Origin: Somniosus microcephalus
Lineage: Eukaryota
DNA length: 64,000 nucleotides
NCBI GenBank assembly: GCA_052327205.1
Contig: CM126209.1
Span: 258,230,001 to 258,294,000 of the forward strand
Direction: 5' to 3'
In this document: positions 23,007 to 35,745 of the stretch, piece by piece
Layout: the number at the start of each line of letters is the position of its first letter
Position numbering within the stretch: position 1 is the first letter of the stretch
The notes under the pieces: generated by a model
Seen by the model: only the letters and a program-made list of their open reading frames with translations
Database searches by the model: none
Told to the model about the DNA's origin: nothing
Position numbers and translations under genes: made by a program

Positions 23007-23019
23007 AGAAGGGGAGGAA
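23007..23019 (+). promoter_or_regulatory. Polypurine tract
   Basis: AGAAGGGGAGGAA one base before the TG start of the 3' LTR. Confidence 0.85.
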
Positions 23020-23020
23020 T

Positions 23021-23215
23021 TGTGGTGTATGTGCCTTTAAGAGCAATTATGGTGTATGTGCCTTTAAAAGCTCCAGGTGTGCGTAATGCCGGTAATTGCC
23101 ACTTGGGCTATATAAGCCTGTGTATTGTGTATTGTGTATATCCTTTAGAACCCCCCCCCCCCCAGACTTGCTTAGTAAATACCTATGAACCAACTCCTGT
23201 CTTCAGTGTCTTTAT
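23021..23215 (+). repeat. 3' LTR (visible part, starts with TG)
   Basis: Starts TGTGGTG, has an internal 27-bp-period repeat, and matches the 5' LTR with a few substitutions and small indels. Confidence 0.9.
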
Positions 23216-23740
23216 NNNNNNNNNNNNNNNNNNNNNNNNNNNNNNNNNNNNNNNNNNNNNNNNNNNNNNNNNNNNNNNNNNNNNNNNNNNNNNNNNNNNN
23301 NNNNNNNNNNNNNNNNNNNNNNNNNNNNNNNNNNNNNNNNNNNNNNNNNNNNNNNNNNNNNNNNNNNNNNNNNNNNNNNNNNNNNNNNNNNNNNNNNNNN
23401 NNNNNNNNNNNNNNNNNNNNNNNNNNNNNNNNNNNNNNNNNNNNNNNNNNNNNNNNNNNNNNNNNNNNNNNNNNNNNNNNNNNNNNNNNNNNNNNNNNNN
23501 NNNNNNNNNNNNNNNNNNNNNNNNNNNNNNNNNNNNNNNNNNNNNNNNNNNNNNNNNNNNNNNNNNNNNNNNNNNNNNNNNNNNNNNNNNNNNNNNNNNN
23601 NNNNNNNNNNNNNNNNNNNNNNNNNNNNNNNNNNNNNNNNNNNNNNNNNNNNNNNNNNNNNNNNNNNNNNNNNNNNNNNNNNNNNNNNNNNNNNNNNNNN
23701 NNNNNNNNNNNNNNNNNNNNNNNNNNNNNNNNNNNNNNNN
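23216..23740. other. Assembly gap (525 N)
   Basis: Run of N. Confidence 1.
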
Positions 23741-23747
23741 TATGTGT

Positions 23748-23770
23748 GTCTCTATCTATCTATCTATCTA

Positions 23771-23821
<51 letters not shown>

Positions 23822-23826
23822 CTATA
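23748..23826. repeat. Compound microsatellite (TCTA)n(TC)n(TCTA)n
   Basis: Directly visible next to the gap. Confidence 0.95.
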
Positions 23827-24357
23827 GTACTGCTGTTATACCAACACGCCTACACCAAAAGGAATTTAAACTAATCAAAACTAAACAGCATTCCTTAATA
23901 TAGCACATATTATCAAGCTGTGAATTGTTTTTGTCCTACATCAAATATAGATCAGTAATATTTTGATATCAAGTTCAATTCTGACCAGTAAGTAGCCGCT
24001 GGGTGGACATCTACCCTCTGTCTGAGAGCAGTGCAGCTTTATCTTGTACAACGAATTGATGTCAAGTACAATGCACAGTAACCAATTAATGGGGGCTGTA
24101 ACGCTGGGGCAAAGCAGATAAAGAGCCACAATTATTTCACCTTACGGTAATACGGAAGCTTTCTGACGGATGCCACACAAAGTATGGAGTTTGTTCTCCG
24201 CATTACAAACCAGAAGAGAAAAGTGAGATTTAAGAAGCTTACTTATCTATTACAATTCAGCGCTCCCACAGAAACAGACAGTACACTTCGACGAAGTTTA
24301 CAGTAGATATTTGCGGACTCAGGTATAACCGATCAAGCTATATTACAACTGTCTCAC

Positions 24358-26808
24358 CTCACTAATGTTCCTACAATTGGGAGAATGTGATGCTTGTGGC
24401 TTTTTATTCCATGTAGTTGCGTTGCCGACATTCTTGCCGGTAGATGAACGGCACCTGTTGGAGTACAAGAACTCTCCTTTGGTCGAATCTGAAGTCGAAC
24501 AGGTCCCGTAGCGGAAACTTTGGGAAAGTGGATCGCCCCCAAATACTTCAACGTAGTTCGGAGGGATCTGGATATTCCTACTGGCTTTCTGAATCCCATT
24601 CAGCGAGTTCCTAGCTCGAAAGCAACAGCACATATCCAGGGCACAGGTAGAGCCACCATAACCACTCCTGTTTTTGTGGACGGTAATAGCAAGAACAATT
24701 AAAACGACAAGAAAAATGGACGAGATTATCCCTAAAGATATAACTAAGTAAAAGCTTATATCATGAGTCAACCCAGGATCTTCAGATAAATTGCTCACAT
24801 CGGAGAGCATGTCTGTATCGCCCTCCACCACTGAGAAGAGGAGTGTCACTGTAGCAGAAAGCGCCGGTGCCCCATTGTCGTTGACCACGACAACCAGCCT
24901 CTGCTTATTCGCATCTCTGCCCGCGAAGCCACGGATTGTCCAGATCTCTCCTGTATCAGACGAGATGGTGAACAGTCCAGGGTCAGTCGACTGGATAATC
25001 TGGTAAGAGAGCCGAGCATTCTGGCCCGAGTCAGCATCGGTGGCCGTTACCTTAGTAACCAGGTAGCCCGGCTCGGCAAACCTGGATACTGTCTCCAACG
25101 CTGTCGAGCCGTACTCGGTGAAAGGATGCACGATCACCGGGGCATGGTCATTCTGATCCAGGACAACCACATCCACCGAAACGTTGCTGCTGAGTGGCGG
25201 GACTCCAGAGTCCCGGGCCTGGACCTGGATCTGAAAGCTTTTGAGCTGCTCGTAATCAAATGTTCTCTGCGAAAATATGACACCATTTTTGGAATTGATG
25301 TTGACGTAGGTGGACACCGGCTCGCTCTGAACCTGGCTCTCGAGGATAGAGTAGAATAATCGGGAGTTCTGGTTTAAATCTGGATCAAGAGCCGTCGCTG
25401 CGAAAATTGAAGTCCCAATCACGTTGTTCTCCATCACGTAAGCTGTATAGGAAGTCTGCGTAAAGCGTGGCGCGTTGTCATTTATATCCGAAATTTCCAC
25501 TGGGATGGTTTTCCTGGATACGAGAGGAACAGACCCTGAATCAGTGCAGATGATAGAAATGTCATACTTTGAGATATTTTCTCGATCCAGCAGCTGGTTA
25601 GTGAGCAATCTGTAATAGTTCCTTAACGAAGAATCTAGGCTGAAAGGCAGGTTGTTTGCGATTTCACATTCTACCAGCCCATTCTGCCCCGAATCTTTGT
25701 CCGATACACTGACCAGAGCAACCACAGTCCCGGGCTTGGCGTCTTCACTGACAGGACTGAACAAAGAAGTTAGTGTCAGCTCAGGTGCGTTATCATTGAC
25801 ATCGATAATGTTAATCAGAATGTGACAGTATCCTGGAATTGGATTCGGGCCCTGATCCATTGCTTCTATGTTAATCTCAAAAACACTGTCTTGTTCATAG
25901 TCCAAATTTCCTTTAACTCTGATTTCACCAGTTTTAGAATCCACACTGAACAACTCACGGACTCTAGCAGAGGTATGACTACTGAAAGAGTACAATATCT
26001 CTCCATTGGGGCCATCATCTAAATCGGTGGCATTTAATTTGATAAGCAATGTTCCTTTGGGTGCGTTTTCTAACAGACTAATTCGGTAAACTGAATTTGG
26101 GAAGACGGGCGCGTTGTCGTTTGCATCCTGCACTCCAATTATTATTTCAGCAGTGCCCGACTTTGCAGGAATCCCGCCGTCCTTGGCAATTAGTCCTAAC
26201 CTGTGGGTCGCTTGCTTTTCTCTGTCCAAGGGCCGTTCCAGCACTAATACTGGTAACTTCCCGTCCCCCCCGCGCGAATCAATATTTAAAGCGAAATATT
26301 CGTTAGCAACCAGCTGGTAGGTTTGCAGCGAGTTGGTTCCAACGTCCGGATCGTGCGCGCACTCCAGGGCGAAGCGCGCTCCCGGCGCAGCAAGCTCCGA
26401 GATTTTAAGGCGAAACTGACGGTTCGGAAAACTGGGAGCATTGTCGTTTACATCGAGAATCTCCACTTCAATGTGATAGACGGTCAAGGGATTTTCGACC
26501 ACGGCCTCCAAAGACAACATGCATGCGAGGCTCGACCCACAGAGCTGTTCCCTGTCAATTTTTTCTTTCACAAACAAAATCCCATTGTCCAAATTTACCT
26601 CCAAATACTGCTTCCGGGGACCGGGCACAATCCGAAAATTGCGAGCCGAGAGCTGTTTTGCTCGTAATCCCAGATCGTCTGCGATATTTCCAACAAAGGC
26701 GCCTAGTTGCAGCTCTTCAGGAATCGAATAGCGAATCTGTCCAGAAACCACAACCCAGAGGAAGAACGTACAATACAACAGTTGCCAATGTATTTGATAA
26801 TATCCCAT
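24358..26808 (-). CDS. Clustered protocadherin variable exon V5 (817 codons)
   Basis: ORF 24343..26862 begins at TTG; ATG at 26808. Six EC repeats, CGSSLAC, TM, conserved cytoplasmic motif, donor GAG|GTGAGA at 24358/24357. Confidence 0.95.
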
Positions 26809-27015
26809 CGCCAGCACAAAGCATTCCAATTGCCTCAGCGCTGTACGGCGCCGTTGATTCAATCCTGAAAATTAAGTTCTTTATATGCCATTTTCTTGCG
26901 GAAGAGGAGCTTCGATGCATTAAAACACCCGCACGCTTTGCGCCTCGCTGAGATTATTTTCGACAATCCTCCTTATTTCTCTGAAAATTCTCAGCAGTAG
27001 CATAGACCTAACATA

Positions 27016-27232
27016 TGTTACGCCGCTCGCCATTCAGTTTTACACTGTATCTGATGGTGTGTGATGGTGGATGGGGAGGGAAGGGGGCAGTCAAGATCTC
27101 TGGTCACATTTCAGCTTCTGATTGGTTAACGGAGCCCTCGCACGTTCAACCAATCACTGTACTGAGTATTTCTTAAAGCTAGAATGTCTTGGCAAATCTT
27201 TTGGTTAAAATTAACATTTATAGTTGTGCAAT
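27016..27232 (-). promoter_or_regulatory. V5 promoter module
   Basis: Sense TACAGTGTAAAACTGAATGGCGAGCGGCGTAAC. ATTGG 27121-27125, CCAAT 27150-27154, then TTCTTAAAGCT and TTGTGCAAT. Confidence 0.7.
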
Positions 27233-27794
27233 TAAAAATCTGGTCATCCTTTTCCTTCATAATTTAAATTCTCTCTGCTAAAGTGTTCCTTGTGAAATGT
27301 TTTGCAGTGAATATCCCAAGGAACAATTCCATCTCTATCTACAAAACACATTTTTTTGGACACTTTACCTGTTATGTGAACCCTTAATTTTTCTGCTTTA
27401 TTCTCCATTAAATGCAGTTAATTCAATTTAACCTTACACAGGGTAACACATAATATTTAGTGTATGCTCAACCAGAGTGGTAGAATTTTATGACTTAATA
27501 ATGGGATTGCTTCGAAAAGAGGAAAGGTTGAGGAGTATGATTTCAGTGACTGATCCCAGACCAAGGTGGATCTTGGGTGGCATTGTATACGCTACGGAAG
27601 GAGCGATGGGCCAGTTAGAAAATGTAGAGTACATCGTTTGTGAGCACATGGTGTAACTCCTCTATCGTTCTTGTTATTATTTGGCAAATATGAAATAGAT
27701 GGATACAATGCCACCAAAAGGACCTGCATTTATATAAAACCCCATCATGTGGGTCTGGTACCATAGTGGATATGTTACTGGACTAGTAATCCTA

Positions 27795-29430
27795 GAAAAA
27801 GAAACATAGAAACATAGAAGATAGGAGCAGGAGTAGGCCATTTGGCCCCTCGAGCCTGCTCCGCCATTCAATGCGATCATGGCTGATCACTCAAATTCAG
27901 TAACTGATCCCTGCTTTCTCCCCATACCCCTTGATCCCTTTAGCTTTAAGAAATATATCCAACTCCTTCTTGAATATATTTACTGAATTGGCCTCCACTG
28001 CCTTCTGTGGTAGAGAATTCCACAGGTTCACCACTCTCTGGGTGAAGAAATTGTTCCTCATTTCTGTCCTACATGGCTTACCCTTTATCCTTAGACTGTG
28101 ACCCCTGGTTCTGGACTCCCCGACCATCGGGAACATCCTTCCTGCATCTAGTCTGTCCAGTCCTGTCAGAATTTTATAAGTTTCAATGAGATCCCCTCTC
28201 ATTCTTCTAAACTCCAGCGAGTATAAACCCAATCGACCCAATCTCTCCTCATACGTCATTCCTGCCATCCCAGGTATCAGCCTGGTGAATCTTCGCTGAA
28301 CTCCTTCCATGGCAAGAACATCCTTCCTCAGATAAGGCGACCAAAACTGCACACAATATTCAAGATGTGGTCTTACCAAGGCCCTGTACAACTGCAGCAA
28401 GACATCCTTGTTCATGTACTCAAACCCTCTCGCTATGAAGGCCAACATACCATTTGCCTTCTTAACCACCTGCTGCATCTGCATGCTTACCATCAGCGAC
28501 TGGTGCACAAGGTCACCCAGGTCTCGTTGCACTTTCCCTTCTCCCAATCTATTGCCATTCCGATAATAATCTGCCTTCCTGTTTTTGCCACCAAAGTGGA
28601 TAACCTCACATTTATCCACGTTATATTGCATCTGCCATGCTTCTGCCCAATCACCCAACCTGTCCAAATCATCCTAGAGTTTCTCTGCACCCTCCTCACA
28701 GCACACACGCCCACCCAGCTTTGTGTCGTCTGCAAATTTGGAGATATTACATCTAGTTCCCTTGTCTAGATCATCAATATCACAGATCACAGAAATCACA
28801 GAAACCCCACAGTGCAGATAGAGGCCATTTCGGCCCATCGAGCCTGCACCGACACATATCCCACCCGATCCCCGTAACCCCTACACCAACACATATCCCA
28901 CCCTATCCCCATAACCCCACGTATTTAATCCCCCTAACACTAAGGGTCAATTTATCATAGCCAATCATCCTAACCCGCACATCTTTGGACTGTGGGAGGA
29001 AACCGGAGCACCCGGAGGAAACCCACGCAAACACGGGGAGAATGTGCAAACTCCACACAGACAGTCACCTGAGGCCGGATTCGAACCCGGGTCCCTGGCG
29101 CTGTGAGGCAACAGTGCTAACCACTATGCCACCGTGCTGCTATATATATTGTGAATAGCTGGGGTCCAAGGACCGATCCCTGTGGTACCCCACTAGTCAC
29201 TGCCTGCCACTCGGAAAAAGAGCCGTTTATTCCAAATCTTTGCTTTCTGTCTGCCAACCAGTTCTCTATCCAAGTCAATACCTTGCCCCCAATCCCATGT
29301 GCCTTAACTTTACACGCTAATCTCTTATGCGGGACCTTATCGAAAGCCTTCTGAAAGTTCAAATACACCAGATCCACTGGTTCTCCCTTATCTATTTTAC
29401 CAGTTACACCCTGAAAAAATTCCAGTAGAG
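27795..29430 (-). mobile_element. CR1 LINE, 5'-truncated RT fragment
   Basis: ORFs 29117..29464 (FQKAFDKVPH...GVPQGSVLGP) and 27897..28667. Octamer tail (TTTCTATG)n at about 27800. Confidence 0.9.
28781..29140 (-). mobile_element. V-SINE (shark HE1-like), full length, nested in the CR1
   Basis: Minus strand carries A box TGGCATAGTGG, B box GGTTCGAATCC, V-domain TGTGGAGTTTGCACATTCTCCCCGTG...CCGGTTTCCTCCCACAGTCCAAAGA, an internal tandem repeat and a CR1-like tail. The uninterrupted target is visible at about 50761-50790. Confidence 0.88.
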
Positions 29431-30455
29431 GCCTGGAGTAATGATCTGTGAGACATGAGTTCAAATCCCACCACGGCCACTGGGGAATTTAAATTCAGGT
29501 AACTAAATAAATAAGTAATGGTTTGTCATAATACCCATCTGGTTCACTAATGTCCTTTAGGGAAGAAAACCTAATGTGAGTGGTCTAACTTAACATCTTG
29601 ATATGAGCCTTTCCTTGGTTCAAGAAGTTGGCCCAGCACCTTCTGAAGGGCAATTAGGGGTGGGCAATAAACGCTGGTCTTGCCATTGATGCCCACATCC
29701 CAATAGAAAAAAATCAAGTTTTTTAGGAAAGTCTCAAAGTACTACATTCGCTCCCAGGTGTAGTGACTTCATTTATGGAGGCAAAACGGTAACCTATTTA
29801 TGCATAAGAGGATCCCACATGAATATGATAAGTTATTATTTTTGCGGTACTAATGGCGGGGAGCGGAATTTTAGTCAGGTTCCTCTAAAACTTCCAGATT
29901 GTCTTTTATTGGTTCTACACCAGATCCAGCTATTAAGTAGGCTAATTATAAACCCTGCTTGGAACTGCAATTCTGCTGCCAGGGGAAATTCTCTACACTT
30001 GCTTGGTAGCATGCATGCTCAAAGTTCCTCATTAAGTAATTAAAATGTAAATGTTTAGAGTGTGGGACAATGCCTACACTTTCTATACATTTAAATAGAA
30101 ACATCATACAAATTTACGGAACAGAAGAGGGCAATGCAGCACATTGTGTATGTGCTGGAAATAAAATTCAGTGGGTTTGAATAGTATCCAAGGATTCATG
30201 TGGACCTGCTGAACACTTGTTAAACCTGATTTCACAATGCATTGGAGTTACACGTAACTGCAAAGGATTGTAAACATATACAGGGAGATACCAGTACATA
30301 GCAAAGACTCGAAATGGAAAAAGCACAGAAAACTGAAAATTGTGCATTTAAGGTATCACTCCCATCCCTCGTTTACAAGTGCTAGATTGTCCTAAATATA
30401 ACTGCACATCCAAAACAAACCTGAGGATTTTCACCTCTTTTTAGAAGCGCCTCAC

Positions 30456-32924
30456 CTCATTGTTTACAGTGTTGTTGTAATTTACAGAATTCATCATTCC
30501 AGGATTTTCTTTCCCGGTAGATTCATTCTGGACATAATGCTTGTCTGTAGAAGATCTGCAGGTGTTGGGGGTGATAAAGTCTCTCTTCGTCGACTGCAAT
30601 GTTGAACATGACTCATAGCGGAAACTCTGAGAAAGCGGATCACCCCCGAATACCTCAACGTAGTTCGGTGGTATCTGAAGGTTTCTACTGGCCTTTTGAA
30701 TTCCATGCAGAGAATTTCTTGTTTCAAAGCAGCAACAAACACCCAGGGAACAGTGCTGTCCTCCTGAACCATTTCTGCTTTTACGAATCTTAACAGCCAG
30801 GATAATCAAAATCACTAGAAAAATGATAGAAATGATCCCTAAGGCGATTACCAAGGAAAGGCTCATATCAGGATTGAATCCAGGGTCTTCAGGTAAATCA
30901 CTCACATTAGAAAACATTTCAGTAGCGCTTCCCACCACAGATAGGATGATAGTCACAGTGGCCGAAAGGGATGGTGTTCCATTGTCTCTTACCACAATCA
31001 CTAATCTTTGCTTAGAGGCATCTTTATTCGCAATACGACGGATAGTCCAAATTTCTCCAGTGTCTGGTGAAATAGTAAAAAGGTTATGATGGGTGGCCTG
31101 AAAAATCTGATAAGAAAGACGAGCATTCTGACCGGCGTCAGCATCAGTGGCCGATACCTTGGCAACCAAGTAGCCTGGTTCTGCAAGCCTGGATATTGTC
31201 TCTGTTGCTGTCGACCCATACTCGGGTAATGGGTGCACGATCACTGGAACATTGTCATTCTGATCAAGGATAATAACATCGACTGAAACGTTACTGGCGA
31301 GTGTTGGGACTCCAGAATCCTGGACCTGAACTTGGATCTGAAAGTTTTTCAATTGCTCGTAGTCAAAAGATCTCTGAGCAAATATGACGCCACTCTCTGA
31401 GTTTATAGCGACATAACTGGCTGCTGAGGCGCCCTGAACTTGAGTCTCCAGGATAGAGTAGTTCAGTTGAGCGTTCTGTCCTACATCTGGATCGAAGGCT
31501 GTCACTGAGAATATGGAAGTCCCAATGACGTTGTTCTCCATCACGTTTGCCGTGTATAAATGCTGCGTAAACCTTGGTGCGTTGTCATTTATATCCGAAA
31601 CCTCTACCCGAATGGTTTTCTTGGATGTGAGAGGAGGATTTCCCGCATCCCGGCATGTTATAATAACGTCATACCTGGAGATTTGTTCGCGGTCCAGTAG
31701 ATGCTGAATCAGCAGTCTATAATAGTTCTTCAAAGATGAATCTAGTTTAAAGGGCAGTTTATCTGAAATTTGACATTGTACTTGTCCGTTTAGACCCGAA
31801 TCTTTGTCTGCTGCGCTGAACAGAGCCACTACCGTCCCAGTTGCAGCATCTTCTGACACTGTACTTGACAAAGACCTCAACATCACTTCAGGTGCGTTAT
31901 CATTCACGTCAATAATATGCACCAGTACATTACAGTGCCCAGACATTGCTTCAGAACCCTTGTCCATTGCTTGTATGTTAATCTCAAAAATATTGCTTTC
32001 TTCATAGTCCAAATTCCTTTTCACTTTGATTTCGCCAGTTTTGGAATCTACGCCAAACAGTTCACGGGCTCTAGCGGCAGTATGGCTACTGAGCGAGTAC
32101 ATTATCTCCCCATTGGAGCCATCGTCCAAGTCAGTGGCGTTTAATGTGATTACCAGGGTTCCTGTGGGTGCAGTTTCCAACAGGCTGACCCTATAAACCG
32201 ACTGGGGAAAAACCGGCGCGTTGTCGTTAGCATCCTTTACGATGATTGTAACCTGAACAGTGCCCGATCTTACAGGGATCCCGCCGTCCTTGGCTATTAG
32301 CGTTAACCTGTGGGTGGATTCCGTTTCTCTATCCAAGGACCTCTGCAACACTAACACTGGCAACTTTCTTTCCCCGCTGTGAATTTGTACATCGAGAATA
32401 AAATAATCGTTCGGGAGGAGCTGGTAGGTTTGTATTGAGTTGTTTCCAATGTCCGGATCGTGCGCGGACTCGAGGGGGAAGCGCGCTCCCGGCGCAGCAA
32501 GCTCGGAGATTTCAAGGCGGATCTCGTCCTTTGGAAAACTGGGAGCATTGTCATTTACATCGAGAATCTCCACTTCAACCTGATACAGTTTGAGGGGATT
32601 TTCAAGCACAGCATCGAAGGTTAACACACAAGTGAGGCTCGGACCGCAAATCCGTTCTCTGTCAATTTTATCCTTGACAAACAAATTTCCATTACCTAAA
32701 TTTACGTCCAAATACTGTTCGCTGGGCCCGGCCACAATCCGCAAACTGCGAGCCGAGAGCTGCCTCACATCTAAACCCAAATCGGCGGCGATATTCCCAA
32801 CAAAGGCGCCCAGTTGTAATTCTTCAGGAATCGAATAATGAATCCTCCCAGAAACGAGATCCCACGAGGAGAACACACAGAACAATAGTTGGCATTTCAG
32901 CAACCAATATATTTTAAATCTCAT
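30456..32924 (-). CDS. Clustered protocadherin variable exon V6 (823 codons)
   Basis: ORF 30441..32945, ATG 32924. Six EC repeats, TM, donor GAG|GTGAGG at 30456/30455. Confidence 0.95.
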
Positions 32925-33122
32925 TTCCAGCGTGAAACATCCCAATTGTTTGCGTACGTTTCTGTACCATTAATTATGCTTTTTACAGTAATTTGAATTT
33001 TTTTAATTCAACGTACTACGATGTAACAAATACCTGCACATTTTGCGAATCGCTCGGCTTTGGTTCATTTAAATCTTCTCATTTTGTCTCAATTTGTCAC
33101 TGGATTCTTGCACAAATCGTTC

Positions 33123-33332
33123 GGAGCTGCTCGCTATCCAATCTTACACTGCGTCTGATCTAACGTGTTGGTGGCTGGGCAGTGAAGGGGGCAGGCCGGA
33201 TCGCCAGTCACATCTCAGCTTCTGATTGGTGAACAGAGGCACATTGAAATTCAACCAATCAGAATACCGTTCATTTCTTAAAGCTGGAAGGTCTCAAACA
33301 GACGCAGATATTTATATTTATTGTTGCACAAT
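33123..33332 (-). promoter_or_regulatory. V6 promoter module
   Basis: Sense CGCAGTGTAAGATTGGATAGCGAGCAGCTCC. 11-bp inverted repeat TTCTGATTGGT (33220-33230) / ACCAATCAGAA (33254-33264). TTGCACAAT. Confidence 0.75.
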
Positions 33333-33566
33333 TAAAAATTGAATTAAGTTTTTCTTTCATTCTGTATATTTCTGTCTGTTGCGAAAAGTTAGCTCTAGAT
33401 CTGAATTACAACGAATATCTTAATGGTCAGCTATGAGGGATCTGCATACAAGAAATAAATGCATAAGAACGGAAGGAGCCAGCATAACACTTTGAGCCCA
33501 TCAATACAATTCCTTTTAAAATCCATTTATGATTATTCCTTGAAGGTTTTCCAACTGCAAACAACT

Positions 33567-34580
33567 ATTTCCAGTGGTGTACCGCAGGGATCGGTGCTGG
33601 GTCCTTTGCTGTTTGTAGTGCACATTAATGATTTAGATATGAATGTAGGAGGTATGGTCAGTAAGTTCGCAGATGACACGAAAATTGGTGGAGTGGTAAA
33701 TAGCGAGGAGGCTACAGGACGATATAGACATGTTCGTCAGATGGACAGAACATTGGCAAATGGAATTAAACCCTGAAAAGTTTGAGGTGATGCATTTTGG
33801 GAGGCCTAACAAGGCAAGGGAATACACAATGAATGGTAGGACCCTAGGGAGGATAGAGGATCAGAGGAAACTTGGTGTGCATGTACATAGACCCCTGAAG
33901 GCAGCAGGACAGGTAGATGATGTGGTTAAAACGGCATATGGGATACTTGCCTTCATTAGCCGAGGCATAGAATATAAGAGCAGGGAGGTTATGATGGAGC
34001 TGGAGAAAATGCTAGTTAGGCCACAGCTGGAATACTGTGTGTAGTTCTGGTCGCCACACTATAGGAAGGATGTGATTGCATTGGAGAGGGTGCAAAGGAG
34101 ATTCACTAGGATATTACCTGGGCGGGAGCGCTTCAGCTATGAAGAGAGCCTGGACAGGCTGTGGTTGTTTTCCTTACAACAGAGAAGGCTGAGGGGGGAC
34201 CTGATTGAGGTGTACACAATTATGAGGTGTATAGATAGGGTAGATAGAAAATAACTTTCCCCCTTAGTAGAGGGGTCAATAACCAGGGGGCTAAGTTTCA
34301 AGGTAAGGGGCAGGAGGTTTAGAGGGGATTTGAGGAAAAACCTTTTCATCCAGAGGGTGGTTGGAATCTGGAAATCACTGCCTGAAAGGGTGGTAGAGGC
34401 AGGAACCCTCACAACATTCAAGAAGCATTTAGATGAGCACTTGAAACGCCATAGCATACAAGGCTATGGACCAAGTGCTGGAAAATGGGATTAGAATTGG
34501 AAGGGCTTGATGGCCGGCATGGACACAATGGGCCGACGGGCCTTTTTCTGTGCTGTATTACTCTATGACTCTATGACTCT
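33567..34580 (+). mobile_element. CR1 LINE 3' fragment, degenerate
   Basis: SGVPQGSVLGP...FADD...RPQLEYCV...LERVQRRFTR with frameshifts, and a (CTCTATGA)n tail. Same insertion point as 40161. Confidence 0.9.
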
Positions 34581-34699
34581 AGCAGTTGATTCCTAGTTAA
34601 GGAAGACTCAACTTTATCCGCATCCTCCCATAAAGATCAATTGGCACTATTCAGATTTCTATAATGCTCTTCCTCTCTTCCAAATGGAAGCTAGCTGTC

Positions 34700-35745
34700 T
34701 TATTAAGCTGTTATAGCACATAGAATAAAATGCATTCTCTGCGCCACACGATCACTAACCTGTTAAAAAGGCATTTTCTAATCTCTAAGAGTACTTGGTC
34801 ATTGCGAATTTTCTGCTTAACTCCCCTATTTTTACACTCAGGTCCAAGTTAAGCAGTTTGATATCTTCAGTTTTATATATAGCTTTCAATATTTTAAAGG
34901 CTTGCATGCGTAAACCCCCTATCTTCGTTTCTAAAGTGCAAAGAAATGCAGTTATCTAAGCCGTTAGTCAAAACTTAATGCCAAAGGCCTAAGATCATCC
35001 TGGTCACCCTTCAAACTCTTTCTAATGCAGGTATGATATTTTTGACCAACACTGCAAGCCATACTCCGGAATTGGCCGTAATCTTATTTGTGCAATTTCA
35101 GCATAAGTTGTCAGGACTTGAAAACCAGTACTTTTCAGTTAATGCTCCATTCTCAAGTTGTCATATTACAACCTCTTTCCCATTGACTAGACACGTTCAG
35201 TGTATAATCCACGATCACTCCCATATCTTTTAAAAAACTTTTTCAGCCTATGCCGGTGGAGATTTTTTCTTGTATACATGCTTGCTGATACTTGATGATA
35301 TATAGATGATATTACTTTTATCCACATTAAAGACATATTTCCATTTACTTAATTGGCAAATGTCATTCTGCAAATAATCATATTTCTTCCACCTCATTAC
35401 CCGCATATCTTTGTGTCACTAGGTAAAGTAATAATACAACTACACCATGCCCATATGATTTGCAAATATTGTTAATGGTAGAGATCCAAGAAAGGATCCT
35501 TGAAGAATATGCCAGGAAATAGTAACCACCGACTTCTGTCTTCTGCCACTAAGTCAATTTTCATTCCATTTAGATAATATGCAATCTATTCCATGAGCCT
35601 TAATCTCATCTACCAGTCTAACGTTTGGACTGTTGTCACTTGTCCATTGTAAATCTAAGTAAACTACATCTATTGATATAATCTAGCTTAGTTATCTCTC
35701 AAAGAATTCCATTATAGTGGTAAGGTGCAACCTTTCATTTCTAAA
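34700..35745 (-). mobile_element. Ancient CR1-like relic embedded in the duplicated spacer
   Basis: Minus strand near 35645-35670 reads DVVYLDLQ (compare CR1 DVVYLDFQKAFD). Highly decayed; boundaries approximate. Also recognisable in the V7-V8 and V9-V10 spacers. Confidence 0.4.

Larger units (their letters stand above)
18320..23215 (+). mobile_element. Ty3/Gypsy LTR retrotransposon (Mag-like), near full length
   Basis: Paired LTRs, PBS, PPT and a single gag-pol ORF in the order PR-RT-RH-IN. Two CCHC knuckles and a TGGCGACGA PBS fit the Mag lineage. Both outer ends are lost in gaps. Confidence 0.93.
27752..29715 (+). mobile_element. tRNA-derived SINE with a LINE-type tail, split by a CR1 insertion
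   Basis: Head GGTACCATAGTGG...GGACTAGTAATCC lies before the LINE. B-box-like GAGTTCAAATCC (29457) and the tail GGCAATTAGGGGTGGGCAATAAA lie after it; the tail matches the one at about 6551-6620. Confidence 0.6.

Noticed and set aside
17967-23903. ORFs containing long X runs
   Set aside because: They span assembly gaps and are not real reading frames.
29070-29140. tRNA-like sequence with A and B boxes
   Set aside because: It is the head of a V-SINE and continues into the V-domain and LINE-type tail, so it is not a tRNA gene. The same applies near 16172.
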